A stretch of DNA of 14,427 nt from positions 1 through 14,427 of the forward strand of contig CAXGUD010000071.1 in assembly GCA_964012805.1 (NCBI GenBank), given 5' to 3'. This DNA comes from an uncultured Bacteriovoracaceae bacterium. GTDB lineage: Bacteria > Bdellovibrionota > Bacteriovoracia > Bacteriovoracales > Bacteriovoracaceae. Positions 1-8,731 of the stretch are shown here, piece after piece. A program made the translations under genes and the position numbers. Every line of letters starts with the position of its first letter. Within the stretch, counting starts at the first letter, position 1. Under the pieces are notes generated by a model that saw nothing but the letters and a program-made list of their open reading frames with translations, made no database searches and had not been told where the DNA came from.

Positions 1-45
1 AGGAGCTTCTTCACCAGGAGCTTCTTCACTAGGAGCTTCTTCAAT
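1..45 (-). repeat. 15-bp coding tandem repeat, 3 copies visible, encoding [I/S/G]EEAP; truncated by the window start
   Basis: Plus-strand units aggagcttcttcacc (1-15), aggagcttcttcact (16-30), aggagcttcttcaat (31-45). Confidence 0.9.
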
Positions 46-1032
46 TGGTGGTGCTTTATCTTTTGTCCGAGGTTTTTTCTCTCCAGGACCTTCTTTTTTC
101 TTATCCTTTTCTTCTTTCTTCTCTTCTTTCTTCTCTTCCTTTTTTTCTTCCTTCTTTTCTTTCTTCTTTTCTTTCTTCTTTTTTCCTTCAGCTTCTTCTT
201 TTTCACCTTTTTTCTTTTTCTTATCTTTGCTTTCTTCTTCTTTTTCACCTTTCTTCTTTTTCTTTTTCTTTTTCTTGTCTTCGCCTTCTTTTTTCTTTTC
301 CTCTTTTTCCTCGGTCGCAGGTTTGCCCATTGAGTCTGGGTTTTTCTTCATTTGGTTAAGTTCACTTTTAGGAATAGGTGCTTTTGTGATGGGAGATGAC
401 GATGAGGTTGGAATCTTTGCTTTCGTTCCCTGGGGGACAGACACACCTTTTGTATTCAAAATATTATCTAAGGTATTTGTATTGAATGTTGCAGAAGTTG
501 TTTGCGCTACTGTTACTCTACCTTCTACAACGTTGAGAGTATCGACTTTTCCAGTTGTTTCAACTGAAAAGTCAGTCCCTCTAACACCCATAGCAGCCGT
601 TTTTGTTTTGATAAATAATTTACTCTTGTTTCCTTTATCACCAGCATTTATGTAGTCTTTGACTACCTTTGATCTGATTTTCCCTTGAAGAAGATTAATA
701 ATACCAGCTTTCTTCTTTGAAAATTTAGCTATCGTCACAGATGATTTTGGAGCGATGTTAAGAGATGATTTATCTATAAAAAGCAATTTAACGAAACTCT
801 TTGCCTCCGTTTTGACAATCGCTCCTTCTGGAAGCCAGTCTCCTCTCTTTATAGAAACTTTAGTGCCATCTTTAGCCGTATATTGAGCACTTCCTTTCAA
901 AATAATGACTTTAGCAGCTTTCGACTGGGCATGTGCTTCTATGGAAACCAAGGAGAGAAAAAAGAGGGCAGATATTAAAAAGCTTTTAATCGAAATTGGA
1001 TTTGAATGTGTATAATTGCTATTTTTTAACAT
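1..1032 (-). CDS. Secreted FecR-domain protein with Lys/Glu-rich low-complexity region and EEAP repeats (3' end runs off the window, >=344 aa)
   Basis: Manual translation from ATG at 1032 is open to position 1: MLKNSNYTHSNPISIKSFLISALFFLSLVSIEAHA|QSKAAKVIILKG... (signal peptide with an AxA site). FecR-type motifs GDWLPEGAIVKT, LLQGKIRSKV, IKTKTAAMGVRGTDF (VRGTDF at 568-585) and LNVVEGRV, then a K/E-rich stretch and ...PPIEEAPSEEAPGEEAP. Confidence 0.85.
   Translation of the reverse strand, partial: MLKNSNYTHSNPISIKSFLISALFFLSLVSIEAHAQSKAAKVIILKGSAQYTAKDGTKVSIKRGDWLPEGAIVKTEAKSFVKLLFIDKSSLNIAPKSSVTIAKFSKKKAGIINLLQGKIRSKVVKDYINAGDKGNKSKLFIKTKTAAMGVRGTDFSVETTGKVDTLNVVEGRVTVAQTTSATFNTNTLDNILNTKGVSVPQGTKAKIPTSSSSPITKAPIPKSELNQMKKNPDSMGKPATEEKEEKKKEGEDKKKKKKKKKGEKEEESKDKKKKKGEKEEAEGKKKKEKKKEKKEEKKEEKKEEKKEEKDKKKEGPGEKKPRTKDKAPPIEEAPSEEAPGEEAP
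61..312 (-). repeat. Low-complexity Lys/Glu coding tract (poly-K, KKEE x4, KKKKKGEKEE x2)
   Basis: Pyrimidine-rich plus strand; minus frame reads EEKEEKKKEGEDKKKKKKKKKGEKEEESKDKKKKKGEKEEAEGKKKKEKKKEKKEEKKEEKKEEKKEEKDKKKEGPGEKKPRTK. Confidence 0.85.
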
Positions 1033-1216
1033 AAAAAAACGACTCTCTTTCCCGAGGGACCCAGGTCGGTTTAAACTATTAAAAACTGCTTCGGAAACTC
1101 CTAGATTCCCATTTAATTTAATTATATTTGATCATTAGAATTTGTTTTTAAGTACTTGATTTTATTATAAAATAACATTTATTTATGATTTGAAGTGGCA
1201 ACAAAGATTGGAGGCT

Positions 1217-1240
1217 AAAAGGGGATCCTGAGAGTCCCCT
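1217..1240 (-). terminator. Probable intrinsic terminator downstream of the ArsC-family gene
   Basis: Minus strand AGGGGA-CTCTCAGGA-TCCCCT followed by TTT (a run of four T including the last stem base), starting 14 nt after the stop at 1255. The U-tract is short. Confidence 0.5.
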
Positions 1241-1254
1241 ATTGATATATTTTT

Positions 1255-1608
1255 TTAAAGTAGCGCCTCTATTTCCTCAGGAGGTCTTCCAACAACCGCT
1301 TTTGAATCACTTTCCAAAATAGGTCGTTCTAGAAGTTTGGGGTTTTTAATGAGTACGTCTATCCATTGATCTTGGGTAAGCTTTTTCTCCGCCAACTTTA
1401 ACTCCTTAAATAAGGCTTCTTTTTTTCTTATAACCTCTTCAGGTTTTTTTTGAAGTTTTTTGAAAAGAGACTTCAGTTGGGTTTTTTTAAGGGGTGTCTT
1501 AAGGTATTCAAAAATGATAAAAGAGGCGCCTTTTTTCTCAAGGATTTCAAGCCCTTGGCGGCTTTTTTGACATCTTGGATTGTGATAGTAAGTTAGACTT
1601 TTTCCCAT
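1255..1608 (-). CDS. ArsC/Spx/MgsR family protein (arsenate reductase-like, YfgD-type)
   Basis: N-terminal YYHNPRCQKSR catalytic-Cys motif, C-terminal PKLLERPI and VGRPPE; Shine-Dalgarno AAGGAG upstream of the ATG. Confidence 0.9.
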   Translation of the reverse strand: MGKSLTYYHNPRCQKSRQGLEILEKKGASFIIFEYLKTPLKKTQLKSLFKKLQKKPEEVIRKKEALFKELKLAEKKLTQDQWIDVLIKNPKLLERPILESDSKAVVGRPPEEIEALL

Positions 1609-1707
1609 TACTTTTCTCCTTTAAGTCTTAGAGTTTAAGCTTTGCATTTCTCTTCTTTTTAAAGCATAAAGAACACGAAACGACGAGAAAGAAGCCAGAG
1701 GGATCTT

Positions 1708-2601
1708 ATGACTCATATTGTAAAAAAAGACTTTCATAACCACGTTTTAAAGCTTCAAGACCTTATTTCAGGTGAGCTTAGAAAAATTGATCCAGAGATT
1801 CAGTTAACTGAAGATCATTGGGAAAGAAAAGACCATGTTGGGAATGAAGGCGGTGGAGGAAGGACCAGAGCTTTTGAAGGCCCCATTATTGAAAATGCAG
1901 GTGTAAATACTTCACTTGTCTTTGGCGAAGTTTCTCCCGAATTTGCTTCAAAATTAAAAGGCAAGAGTACAAAGATGTGGGCCACAGGACTTTCTCTTAT
2001 TATTCACCCAAGAAACCCCAGAGTTCCTACCGTTCATGCGAATTTTAGAATGATTGAAAATGGGGATCAGGTTTGGTTTGGTGGTGGCGCTGATTTGACT
2101 CCTTATTTCCCGTATGAAAGCGATTTTGCTCATTTTCATAAAACCTGGAAAAAAGCCTGTGATCCCTACGGCACTTTTGAGGAATTTAAAAAAACTTGTG
2201 ATAACTATTTTGTAAATAAACATAGAACTGGAGAGATGAGAGGTATTGGAGGAATTTTTTATGATCACTACAATACTGGTGATTTAGAAAAAGATTCTAA
2301 AATGGGTATTAATCTTTCTAATCATTTTATTGAGTCCTATTTTCCGATTGTTGAAAAAAGAGTCAAAGAAGAGTGGACTCCTGAAGATGAAGACTTTCAA
2401 CTCCACCGTCGGGGTCGTTACGTGGAGTTTAACCTCCTCCATGATAGAGGAACCACATTTGGTCTTAAAACGAATGGAAGAACAGACTCTATTCTTATCT
2501 CGCTTCCAAAAAGGTGTAAATTTACTTATCGTTATGAGCCGGAAGAAGGAAGCCCACACGCGAAGATGATGGACTACTATCGACCTAAAGATTGGGTTTA
2601 A
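1708..2601 (+). CDS. hemF: Oxygen-dependent coproporphyrinogen III oxidase
   Basis: Motifs GGGGRT, ENAGVN, SLIIHPRNPRVPTVHANFR, WFGGGADLTP, RGIGGIFYD, RRGRYVEFNLLHDRGTTFGL and SILISLP. Confidence 0.97.
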   Translation: MTHIVKKDFHNHVLKLQDLISGELRKIDPEIQLTEDHWERKDHVGNEGGGGRTRAFEGPIIENAGVNTSLVFGEVSPEFASKLKGKSTKMWATGLSLIIHPRNPRVPTVHANFRMIENGDQVWFGGGADLTPYFPYESDFAHFHKTWKKACDPYGTFEEFKKTCDNYFVNKHRTGEMRGIGGIFYDHYNTGDLEKDSKMGINLSNHFIESYFPIVEKRVKEEWTPEDEDFQLHRRGRYVEFNLLHDRGTTFGLKTNGRTDSILISLPKRCKFTYRYEPEEGSPHAKMMDYYRPKDWV

Positions 2602-2608
2602 GTTTGGC

Positions 2609-3175
2609 TTAGTATTCTGGTGCTATGTAAACATCAATTTCTGGGTTGTTCATTTCGTCTCTCAAGATGCCTTTAATTGCTTCAAGCGTTCCAGTTGTGG
2701 AGCTGGGGCAAGTGCCACAGGCGCCTTGGTATTTAACAATTAGAACGTTATCCTCAAAACTTAGACACTCAATATCCCCACCGTCTCCTTGAAGGCCCGG
2801 TCTTATTGTCCGGTCAAGAATCTCTTCAATTTCCTGTACCTCTTTGGGGAGCTTTCTTCTTCTTTCTGCTGCAGGGTCTGGATCGAAGTAATTGGGGTTA
2901 TGGTTAGGCATTTTTTCTTGAATGCATTCAGATACAAGTGGTTCTATATTGTCCCATTCTTCATATCCAAATTTCGTTATAGTGATGACATTATCAAAGA
3001 AGTGAATTTGATCGACTCCTCTTATAGTAAAGAGAGCACTAGCGAGTGGATTTTCGGTGGACTCTAAAGGTGATCTATAGCTTGAATTACCTTCTTCCTT
3101 CACTTTTTTATTAAGAATAAATTTAAGAGCATTAGGGTTTGGCGTTGGCTGAACTGTTAGATGTATGTCTGACAT
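2609..3175 (-). CDS. NifU/Nfu-family Fe-S carrier/scaffold protein (Nfu N-terminal domain plus NifU-C domain)
   Basis: TPNPNALKF N-terminal motif; IRPGLQGDGGDI and YQGACGTCPSS (CxxC). Start placed at MSDIHL (3175) because of the AGAGGAA Shine-Dalgarno; the track start at 3199 is less likely. Confidence 0.9.
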   Translation of the reverse strand: MSDIHLTVQPTPNPNALKFILNKKVKEEGNSSYRSPLESTENPLASALFTIRGVDQIHFFDNVITITKFGYEEWDNIEPLVSECIQEKMPNHNPNYFDPDPAAERRRKLPKEVQEIEEILDRTIRPGLQGDGGDIECLSFEDNVLIVKYQGACGTCPSSTTGTLEAIKGILRDEMNNPEIDVYIAPEY

Positions 3176-3206
3176 ATTCTTTCCTCTTTTAATTTTCAAA
3201 TGATGA

Positions 3207-4424
3207 TTAGAAAAATTCCTTCACTTTATGAAGTCCAGTAATAAAAGCATCGATCTCTTCCTTGGTATTGTAAAAACAAAGGGAGGCCCTGGCTGTACCG
3301 GGAATATTCAAAAACTCCATAAGAGGTTGGGTGCAATGGTGACCCGTCCTTATTGCAATACCTTGTTTATCAAGAAGTGAACCGATATCTTGTGGATGAA
3401 TGCCTTCCATAACAAAAGAAAGAACACTCGCTTTTCTTTTTGAAGTTCCTACAATTTTGAGTCCCTCAATTTTTTGCAGCTTTTCCGTGGCGTACTCAAG
3501 TAATTCTTGCTCATAATGAGCGATATTTTCTAGACCTATTTCCTGAACATAATCCAATGCACTTTTTAAAGCGATAACTCCAGCAATATGAGGGGTTCCA
3601 GCTTCAAATTTAAAAGGAAGTTCATTAAAGGTTGTCTTTTTGAAGCTAACTTTATCAATCATTTCTCCGCCACCTTGGTAGGGAGGCATTTTATTTAAAA
3701 GTTCCTCTTTTCCGTAGAGAACACCTACACCAGTTGGACCAAAAATTTTGTGGGAACTAAAGGCCAAAAAGTCACAATTTAATTCTTTAACATTTAGACT
3801 GTTGTGAGCGACGGCTTGAGCTGCATCCACCATAAAAATAGACCCAACTTTGTGGGCCATTGGGATCATTTCTTCTATGGGGTTGATTGTTCCCAAGGCA
3901 TTTGATGTATGAGAAATAGAAACAACTTTTGTTTTGTTATTTAAGAGCTTTTTATACTCTTCTAAAAGAATTTCCCCTTCCTCATTAATGGGAATTTCCT
4001 TTACTATAGCTCCTTTTTTTTGTGCAATAATTTGCCATGGAACAATATTAGAGTGGTGTTCAAGCGTAGATAAGAGAATTTCATCACCCTCTTGGAGGAA
4101 GGCATCTCCAAAACACTGGGCCACTAGATTAATAGACTCCGTCGTTCCTTTTGTGAAAATAATCTCATGAGAGTGCTCGCTTCCAATAAATTTTTGAACT
4201 GCCTCTCTTGTTTCTTCAAATTGACGTGTTCCTTTCTCACTTAAAAAATGAAGACCTCTGTGAACATTGGCAGTATCTTTTTGGTAATGCTGATCTAGAG
4301 CATTAATAACGGGCTTTGCTTTAAGAGTTGAAGCAGCATTATCAAAGTAAATGAGGTCTTTTCCATTAACCTTTTGAGAAAGTGCTGGAAATTGTTTTCT
4401 TACTTTTTCTATATCAATTGCCAT
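3207..4424 (-). CDS. sufS: SufS-type (group II) cysteine desulfurase
   Basis: YFDNAAST, ANVHRG, FTKGTTESIN, EHHSNIVPW, AFSSHK (PLP Lys), FEAGTP and RTGHHCTQP (catalytic Cys). Start at 4424 (or 4427) behind an AGGAG Shine-Dalgarno, overlapping the sufD stop. Confidence 0.95.
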   Translation of the reverse strand: MAIDIEKVRKQFPALSQKVNGKDLIYFDNAASTLKAKPVINALDQHYQKDTANVHRGLHFLSEKGTRQFEETREAVQKFIGSEHSHEIIFTKGTTESINLVAQCFGDAFLQEGDEILLSTLEHHSNIVPWQIIAQKKGAIVKEIPINEEGEILLEEYKKLLNNKTKVVSISHTSNALGTINPIEEMIPMAHKVGSIFMVDAAQAVAHNSLNVKELNCDFLAFSSHKIFGPTGVGVLYGKEELLNKMPPYQGGGEMIDKVSFKKTTFNELPFKFEAGTPHIAGVIALKSALDYVQEIGLENIAHYEQELLEYATEKLQKIEGLKIVGTSKRKASVLSFVMEGIHPQDIGSLLDKQGIAIRTGHHCTQPLMEFLNIPGTARASLCFYNTKEEIDAFITGLHKVKEFF

Positions 4425-5730
4425 CATTGGCTCCTTGTGTTTTTTCGTCAAGAATTTTGAATTGATTGAAGTAATTTTCAACTAGGGGAGAAACAAATTT
4501 TCTAATCCCAATATGAGAAATTTGGTCGAGAGCCTCTTGAACAAAAGCCTGGCACAGAATTTCCTGGGCCTTTCTTTCACTGACACCTCTTGTTCTTAAG
4601 TAAAAGGCTTGATTTTCATCAATTTGACCAATTGTGGCTCCATGAGCACATTTTACATCATCGGCTTCAATTTCTAAGATAGGCCTTGTGTTTACTTTTG
4701 CAGATTTACTAAGGAGTAGATTTTTATTGAGCTGGCCAGAGTTAACTTGTTGGGCATCTGGATTGACAATGACCTTACCTGTGAAAACCCCATGGGATTT
4801 CTCATCTAAAACGCCCTTAAAAAGTTGGTCGCTTGTTGTATTCGCAACTTTATGATCGATGACACTATAATTATCACAATGCTGATCTTCTTTAATAACA
4901 AAGAGACCGTGGATATTTGTATGGGCCCAAGTATCTTCTAAAAGTGAACTTATATTATTACGGGCAAGGTTTGCTCCAAGGCTCAGAGTAAAAGACTTAA
5001 AAGCACTATCTTTTTTGACTATTGCTTTTACTTCAGCGATATGAACTGCTTTTAAAGAGTCTCTTTGGCATTTTACATGCTCTACAGATGAGCCTTCTTC
5101 ACAAATAATAGATGTTTGAGCATTAACAAAGTAATGAGGTGTTTTTTCATATGCTTCGCAAAAGAAATGCTCAAGGGTCGAAATTTTTGAGTAAGAACCA
5201 ACTTTTATATGAACCCTTGGGCAATTTATAAAACTATCATTTTCTAATGTAGTTAAGTGTAGGATTTCAAGTGGTTCTTCTAAAACAAAATTAGGCTTTA
5301 TTTCGATGAATATTTCTTCAGGAGATATTGCTTTATTAAGTAGACCAAAAGAGTCTTTAGAAAATCCATTTGGCAAATCAGACTCTTTCTTTATAGAAAG
5401 AGAAATATTTTCATTTAAAAAAGTATAGCTAGACTCCATATTCCCATTAATAAAAACAATTCTATTACTATCTGTATTAATTAAATAACCTTCGATCATT
5501 TGAGGTGTTATTGCCTTTTTTGGAGCTCCTAATTTTAAATTTGAGTTAAGAAAAGAGGAAGCATTTGTATATTTCCAAATCTCTTCTTTTTTATCTGGGA
5601 GACCCAGTTTTTCAAATTCAGAAAGAGCATTTTTCTTTAGATTAAAAGAAGCTTCAGGATACTCCTTTTTGAGTTCCTTATGGAAAGCTTTCACTTCATT
5701 GATGAGGTGAGTGGACATATCTTGGGACAT
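4414..5730 (-). CDS. sufD: Fe-S cluster assembly protein SufD
   Basis: WKYT N-terminal motif, VFTGKVIV, NKNLLLS, PILEIEADDVKCAHGATIG and FYLRTRG. Start MSQDM at 5730, immediately after the sufC stop. Confidence 0.93.
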   Translation of the reverse strand: MSQDMSTHLINEVKAFHKELKKEYPEASFNLKKNALSEFEKLGLPDKKEEIWKYTNASSFLNSNLKLGAPKKAITPQMIEGYLINTDSNRIVFINGNMESSYTFLNENISLSIKKESDLPNGFSKDSFGLLNKAISPEEIFIEIKPNFVLEEPLEILHLTTLENDSFINCPRVHIKVGSYSKISTLEHFFCEAYEKTPHYFVNAQTSIICEEGSSVEHVKCQRDSLKAVHIAEVKAIVKKDSAFKSFTLSLGANLARNNISSLLEDTWAHTNIHGLFVIKEDQHCDNYSVIDHKVANTTSDQLFKGVLDEKSHGVFTGKVIVNPDAQQVNSGQLNKNLLLSKSAKVNTRPILEIEADDVKCAHGATIGQIDENQAFYLRTRGVSERKAQEILCQAFVQEALDQISHIGIRKFVSPLVENYFNQFKILDEKTQGANDGN

Positions 5731-5731
5731 T

Positions 5732-6508
5732 CTAATTTCCTTTTCCTTCAGTAGATTCCTTAATAAGCCAGTCATAGCCTCTTTTCTCAAGCTCAAGGGC
5801 CAGCTCTTTTCCACCAGACTTAATAATGCGACCTTTATAAAGGACATGAACTTTGTCTGGAACGATAAAGTTTAAAAGTCTTTGGTAGTGTGTTACTAGA
5901 ACTGTGGCATTGAATTTACTTTTAAGGGCATTAACCCCCTTTGCGACAATTTTCAAAGCATCGATATCAAGCCCTGAATCAGTTTCATCAAGAAGAGAGA
6001 GTCTTGGGTTTAAAACGGCCATTTGAAGAATCTCATTTTTCTTTTTTTCTCCGCCAGAAAAGCCTTGATTAACACTTCGGTCTAGAAAGCTACTTTCCAT
6101 TTCTAAAAGATCAAGTTTTGACTGTAGAAAAGTCCTAAACTCAGGGGCTTCCATTTCTTGGGCGCCTTGGTGAGTACAGATAGAATTGAAAGATTCTCTT
6201 AAAAAGCCAATATTTGTAACCCCTGGGATTTCAATGGGGTATTGGAATCCAAGGAAGATCCCTTCTTTGGCCCTTTCATCAGGTTCTAATTCCTGAATAT
6301 CTTTATTTTTTCCATTAACATCGTACTCAATACTCCCACCCGTCACTTCATAAGAAGGATGGCCAGCTATGACTTTTGCAAGAGTGCTTTTTCCGGACCC
6401 GTTGGGACCCATTATAGCATGGACTTCCCCAGCGTTAACTGTCAGATTAATCCCTCTTAAAATTTCACTACCTTCAATATTTGCATGTAAATCTTTAATC
6501 TTAATCAT
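5732..6508 (-). CDS. sufC: Fe-S cluster assembly ABC ATPase SufC
   Basis: Walker A GPNGSGKST, FQYPIEIPG, signature FSGGEKK, Walker B LLDETDSGLDIDAL and VTHYQRLL. Confidence 0.97.
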   Translation of the reverse strand: MIKIKDLHANIEGSEILRGINLTVNAGEVHAIMGPNGSGKSTLAKVIAGHPSYEVTGGSIEYDVNGKNKDIQELEPDERAKEGIFLGFQYPIEIPGVTNIGFLRESFNSICTHQGAQEMEAPEFRTFLQSKLDLLEMESSFLDRSVNQGFSGGEKKKNEILQMAVLNPRLSLLDETDSGLDIDALKIVAKGVNALKSKFNATVLVTHYQRLLNFIVPDKVHVLYKGRIIKSGGKELALELEKRGYDWLIKESTEGKGN

Positions 6509-6583
6509 TTCTACTTACCTTTAAACTTTTTTGATCTTTTGTTTGATTTTATTTATGTCTCTATTTTTTAATTTGTAATATCT

Positions 6584-8020
6584 TTAACCCACGCTGTTTT
6601 CTAATTTCATCTCGAGTAATTTTACGGCTTCAACAGAAAACTCTAAGGGAAGTTCTTTAAAAACCTCTCCGCAAAAACCGTTTACGATCATGGAAATACA
6701 TTTTTCCATATCGAGTCCTCTCGACTGAAGATAAAAAAGTTGATCTTCGCTAATCTTTGATGTCGAAGCTTCATGCTCCATAGTTGCAGTATCATTTTTT
6801 ACATCTATGTAAGGGTAGGTGTTAGCACTACACTTATCACCGACAAGCATAGAATCACATTGGGAATAATTCCTTGCTCCCGTTGCAGAAGGATTGATTT
6901 TAACCAAGCCCCTATAGTTATTTCTCGACTCATCTGCAGATATTCCCTTAGAAATAATAGTGCTTTTGGTATTTTTACCAATATGAATCATCTTAGTTCC
7001 AGTATCTGCCTGCATCTTATGGTTTGTAAGGGCGACTGAATAGAAAGCACCTTGGGAGTTATCACCGATAAGGTTACAGCCAGGGTACTTCCACGTGATA
7101 GCTGAACCAGCCTCTACCTGGGTCCAGGAAATCTTAGAATTTCTTCCTAAACAATTGCCCCTTTTTGTAACAAAATTATAGATGCCACCATCTCCATTTT
7201 TGTCACCGGCATACCAGTTTTGTACTGTAGAGTATTTAATTTCGGCATCGTCTAAGGCAATAAGCTCAACAATGGCAGCGTGGAGTTGGTTTTCATCTCT
7301 TTCAGGTGCGGTACAACCTTCTAGGTAGTTTACAAAACTGCCTTCATCAGCAATGACCAATGTTCTTTCAAACTGGCCTGTTTCTTTTGCATTAATTCTA
7401 AAATAAGTTGAGAGGTCAATAGGGCATTTGACCCCTTTGGGGATATAGACAAAAGATCCATCACTAAAAACAGCTGAGTTTAAGGCTGCATAAAAATTGT
7501 CAGAAAAAGGAACAACTGTTCCCAGGTATTTTTTGACAAGTTCAGGGTAGTCTTTAACAGCTTCAGAAATAGAGCAAAAGATAACGCCTAACTTTTTTAA
7601 ATCTTCTTGATGAGTTGTTGCCACTGAAACGCTATCAAATACAGCATCGACGGCCACACCAGAAATTCTTTTTTGTTCGGAGAGAGGGATTCCTAATTTT
7701 TCAAACGTGGCCAATAACTCAGGATCAACCTCGTCCAAACTTTCAAGTTCAGGCTTTTTCTTTGGAGCCGCATAATAATAGAGGTCTTCAAAGTCAATTT
7801 CAGGAATATCTAAATGGGCCCAGTTGGGATGAGTCATTGTTTTCCAATGGCGGAAGGCCTTAAGCCTATAATCCAGCATCCACTCAGGTTCATTTTTCTT
7901 TTTAGAAAGGAGTCTGACTATGTCTTCATTAAGCCCTTTCGGAAACTCTTCAGTTTCAATATCAGTATAGAACCCATACTTGTAATCTTTATTTTTGTTG
8001 ATCATTTCTTCCGAGCTCAT
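6584..8020 (-). CDS. sufB: Fe-S cluster assembly protein SufB
   Basis: [63 protein letters not shown] and HEASTSKI. Start MSSEEM at 8020 with GAAGGA upstream; the track start at 8128 overlaps the Rrf2 gene. Confidence 0.97.
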   Translation of the reverse strand: MSSEEMINKNKDYKYGFYTDIETEEFPKGLNEDIVRLLSKKKNEPEWMLDYRLKAFRHWKTMTHPNWAHLDIPEIDFEDLYYYAAPKKKPELESLDEVDPELLATFEKLGIPLSEQKRISGVAVDAVFDSVSVATTHQEDLKKLGVIFCSISEAVKDYPELVKKYLGTVVPFSDNFYAALNSAVFSDGSFVYIPKGVKCPIDLSTYFRINAKETGQFERTLVIADEGSFVNYLEGCTAPERDENQLHAAIVELIALDDAEIKYSTVQNWYAGDKNGDGGIYNFVTKRGNCLGRNSKISWTQVEAGSAITWKYPGCNLIGDNSQGAFYSVALTNHKMQADTGTKMIHIGKNTKSTIISKGISADESRNNYRGLVKINPSATGARNYSQCDSMLVGDKCSANTYPYIDVKNDTATMEHEASTSKISEDQLFYLQSRGLDMEKCISMIVNGFCGEVFKELPLEFSVEAVKLLEMKLENSVG

Positions 8021-8064
8021 TACGAATCCTTCACTACTTGATTTTGTTTTAATAACGTTATTTT

Positions 8065-8538
8065 TTATTTTATTCCTAGCATTTCTTTTAAATTGGGTTT
8101 GCCTGCTTCGCCTTCTAGATCCACCCACTGATCATTTTCAAAGAAGAGCTCTTCAAGGCTAATTTGTCCTAAAAAAGCCATGACCTTACTGTTCAGGCGG
8201 TCTATGGGGGTAATAATATTGCAGGTACTGTGGAGGTTACAGAGTCCTTTGTTGCTCTGGCAAAAGTTGTCCTCTTTAATGTCTTCTGCAATTTTTGTAA
8301 TTTCCATAAAGGTAATATCACTTAAATTTTTGTGGAGGGTATAACCTCCTCTAAGCCCTTGGATGGATTTGACAATGCCGTGGTGGTTCATTGCTTGCAT
8401 CACCTTAGCAGTCGTATCAAACGGGGTTTTTAGAGCATCACAAATTTCTCTAACTGTGATGATAGAGTCTTCCTCTTTTTCACCCATAATTTTTAAGGCC
8501 ATGAGGGCGTACTCTGTTTTTTTGTTAATTTTTAACAT
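8065..8538 (-). CDS. Rrf2-family transcriptional regulator (IscR/SufR-like) heading the suf operon
   Basis: TEYALMAL helix, winged [11 protein letters not shown] wing, C-terminal C-x6-C-x5-C (8221-8262); first gene of the suf cluster. Confidence 0.9.
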   Translation of the reverse strand: MLKINKKTEYALMALKIMGEKEEDSIITVREICDALKTPFDTTAKVMQAMNHHGIVKSIQGLRGGYTLHKNLSDITFMEITKIAEDIKEDNFCQSNKGLCNLHSTCNIITPIDRLNSKVMAFLGQISLEELFFENDQWVDLEGEAGKPNLKEMLGIK

Positions 8539-8603
8539 TTAAAAAACCTATTAAAATTTCGAAATCCCCATAAAACCTATGAAATCCAAAGCCTTGTACC
8601 CCA

Positions 8604-8666
8604 AAATAGGGTAAAAATAAACCTAATTCTAACTTACCATGAAATAGGTTAAAATTTGCCTTATTT
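8604..8666. promoter_or_regulatory. Two 25-bp imperfect palindromes (7-11-7), candidate Rrf2 operators flanking a minus-strand -10 element
   Basis: AAATAGG-GTAAAAATAAA-CCTAATT (8604-8628) and AAATAGG-TTAAAATTTGC-CTTATTT (8642-8666). Minus-strand TAGAAT (8626-8631) and TGGTAAGTT (8631-8639) lie between them, the former overlapping the edge of the first box. Confidence 0.55.
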
Positions 8667-8731
8667 ATTACTTTTCAAAGTAAGATCTTTTCTAGACTTA
8701 AAGCTTATATTCCATATTTTTTATTGAACTA

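Noticed and set aside
45..655. Plus-strand Phe/Ser/Leu-rich ORFs 45-359 and 227-655
   Set aside because: Antisense shadows of the Lys/Glu-rich FecR-domain gene.
1196..1212. Sigma-54-like TGGCA...TTGG
   Set aside because: Spacing is off by one, the -12 GC is missing, and it points into the 3' end of an opposite-strand gene.
1255..1608. Arsenic-resistance operon
   Set aside because: No arsR, arsB or acr3 nearby; stand-alone ArsC-family genes are common.
4425..8128. Long N-terminal extensions of SufS, SufD and SufB given by the ORF track
   Set aside because: They overlap upstream genes; downstream ATGs match the expected family lengths and have Shine-Dalgarno-like sequences.
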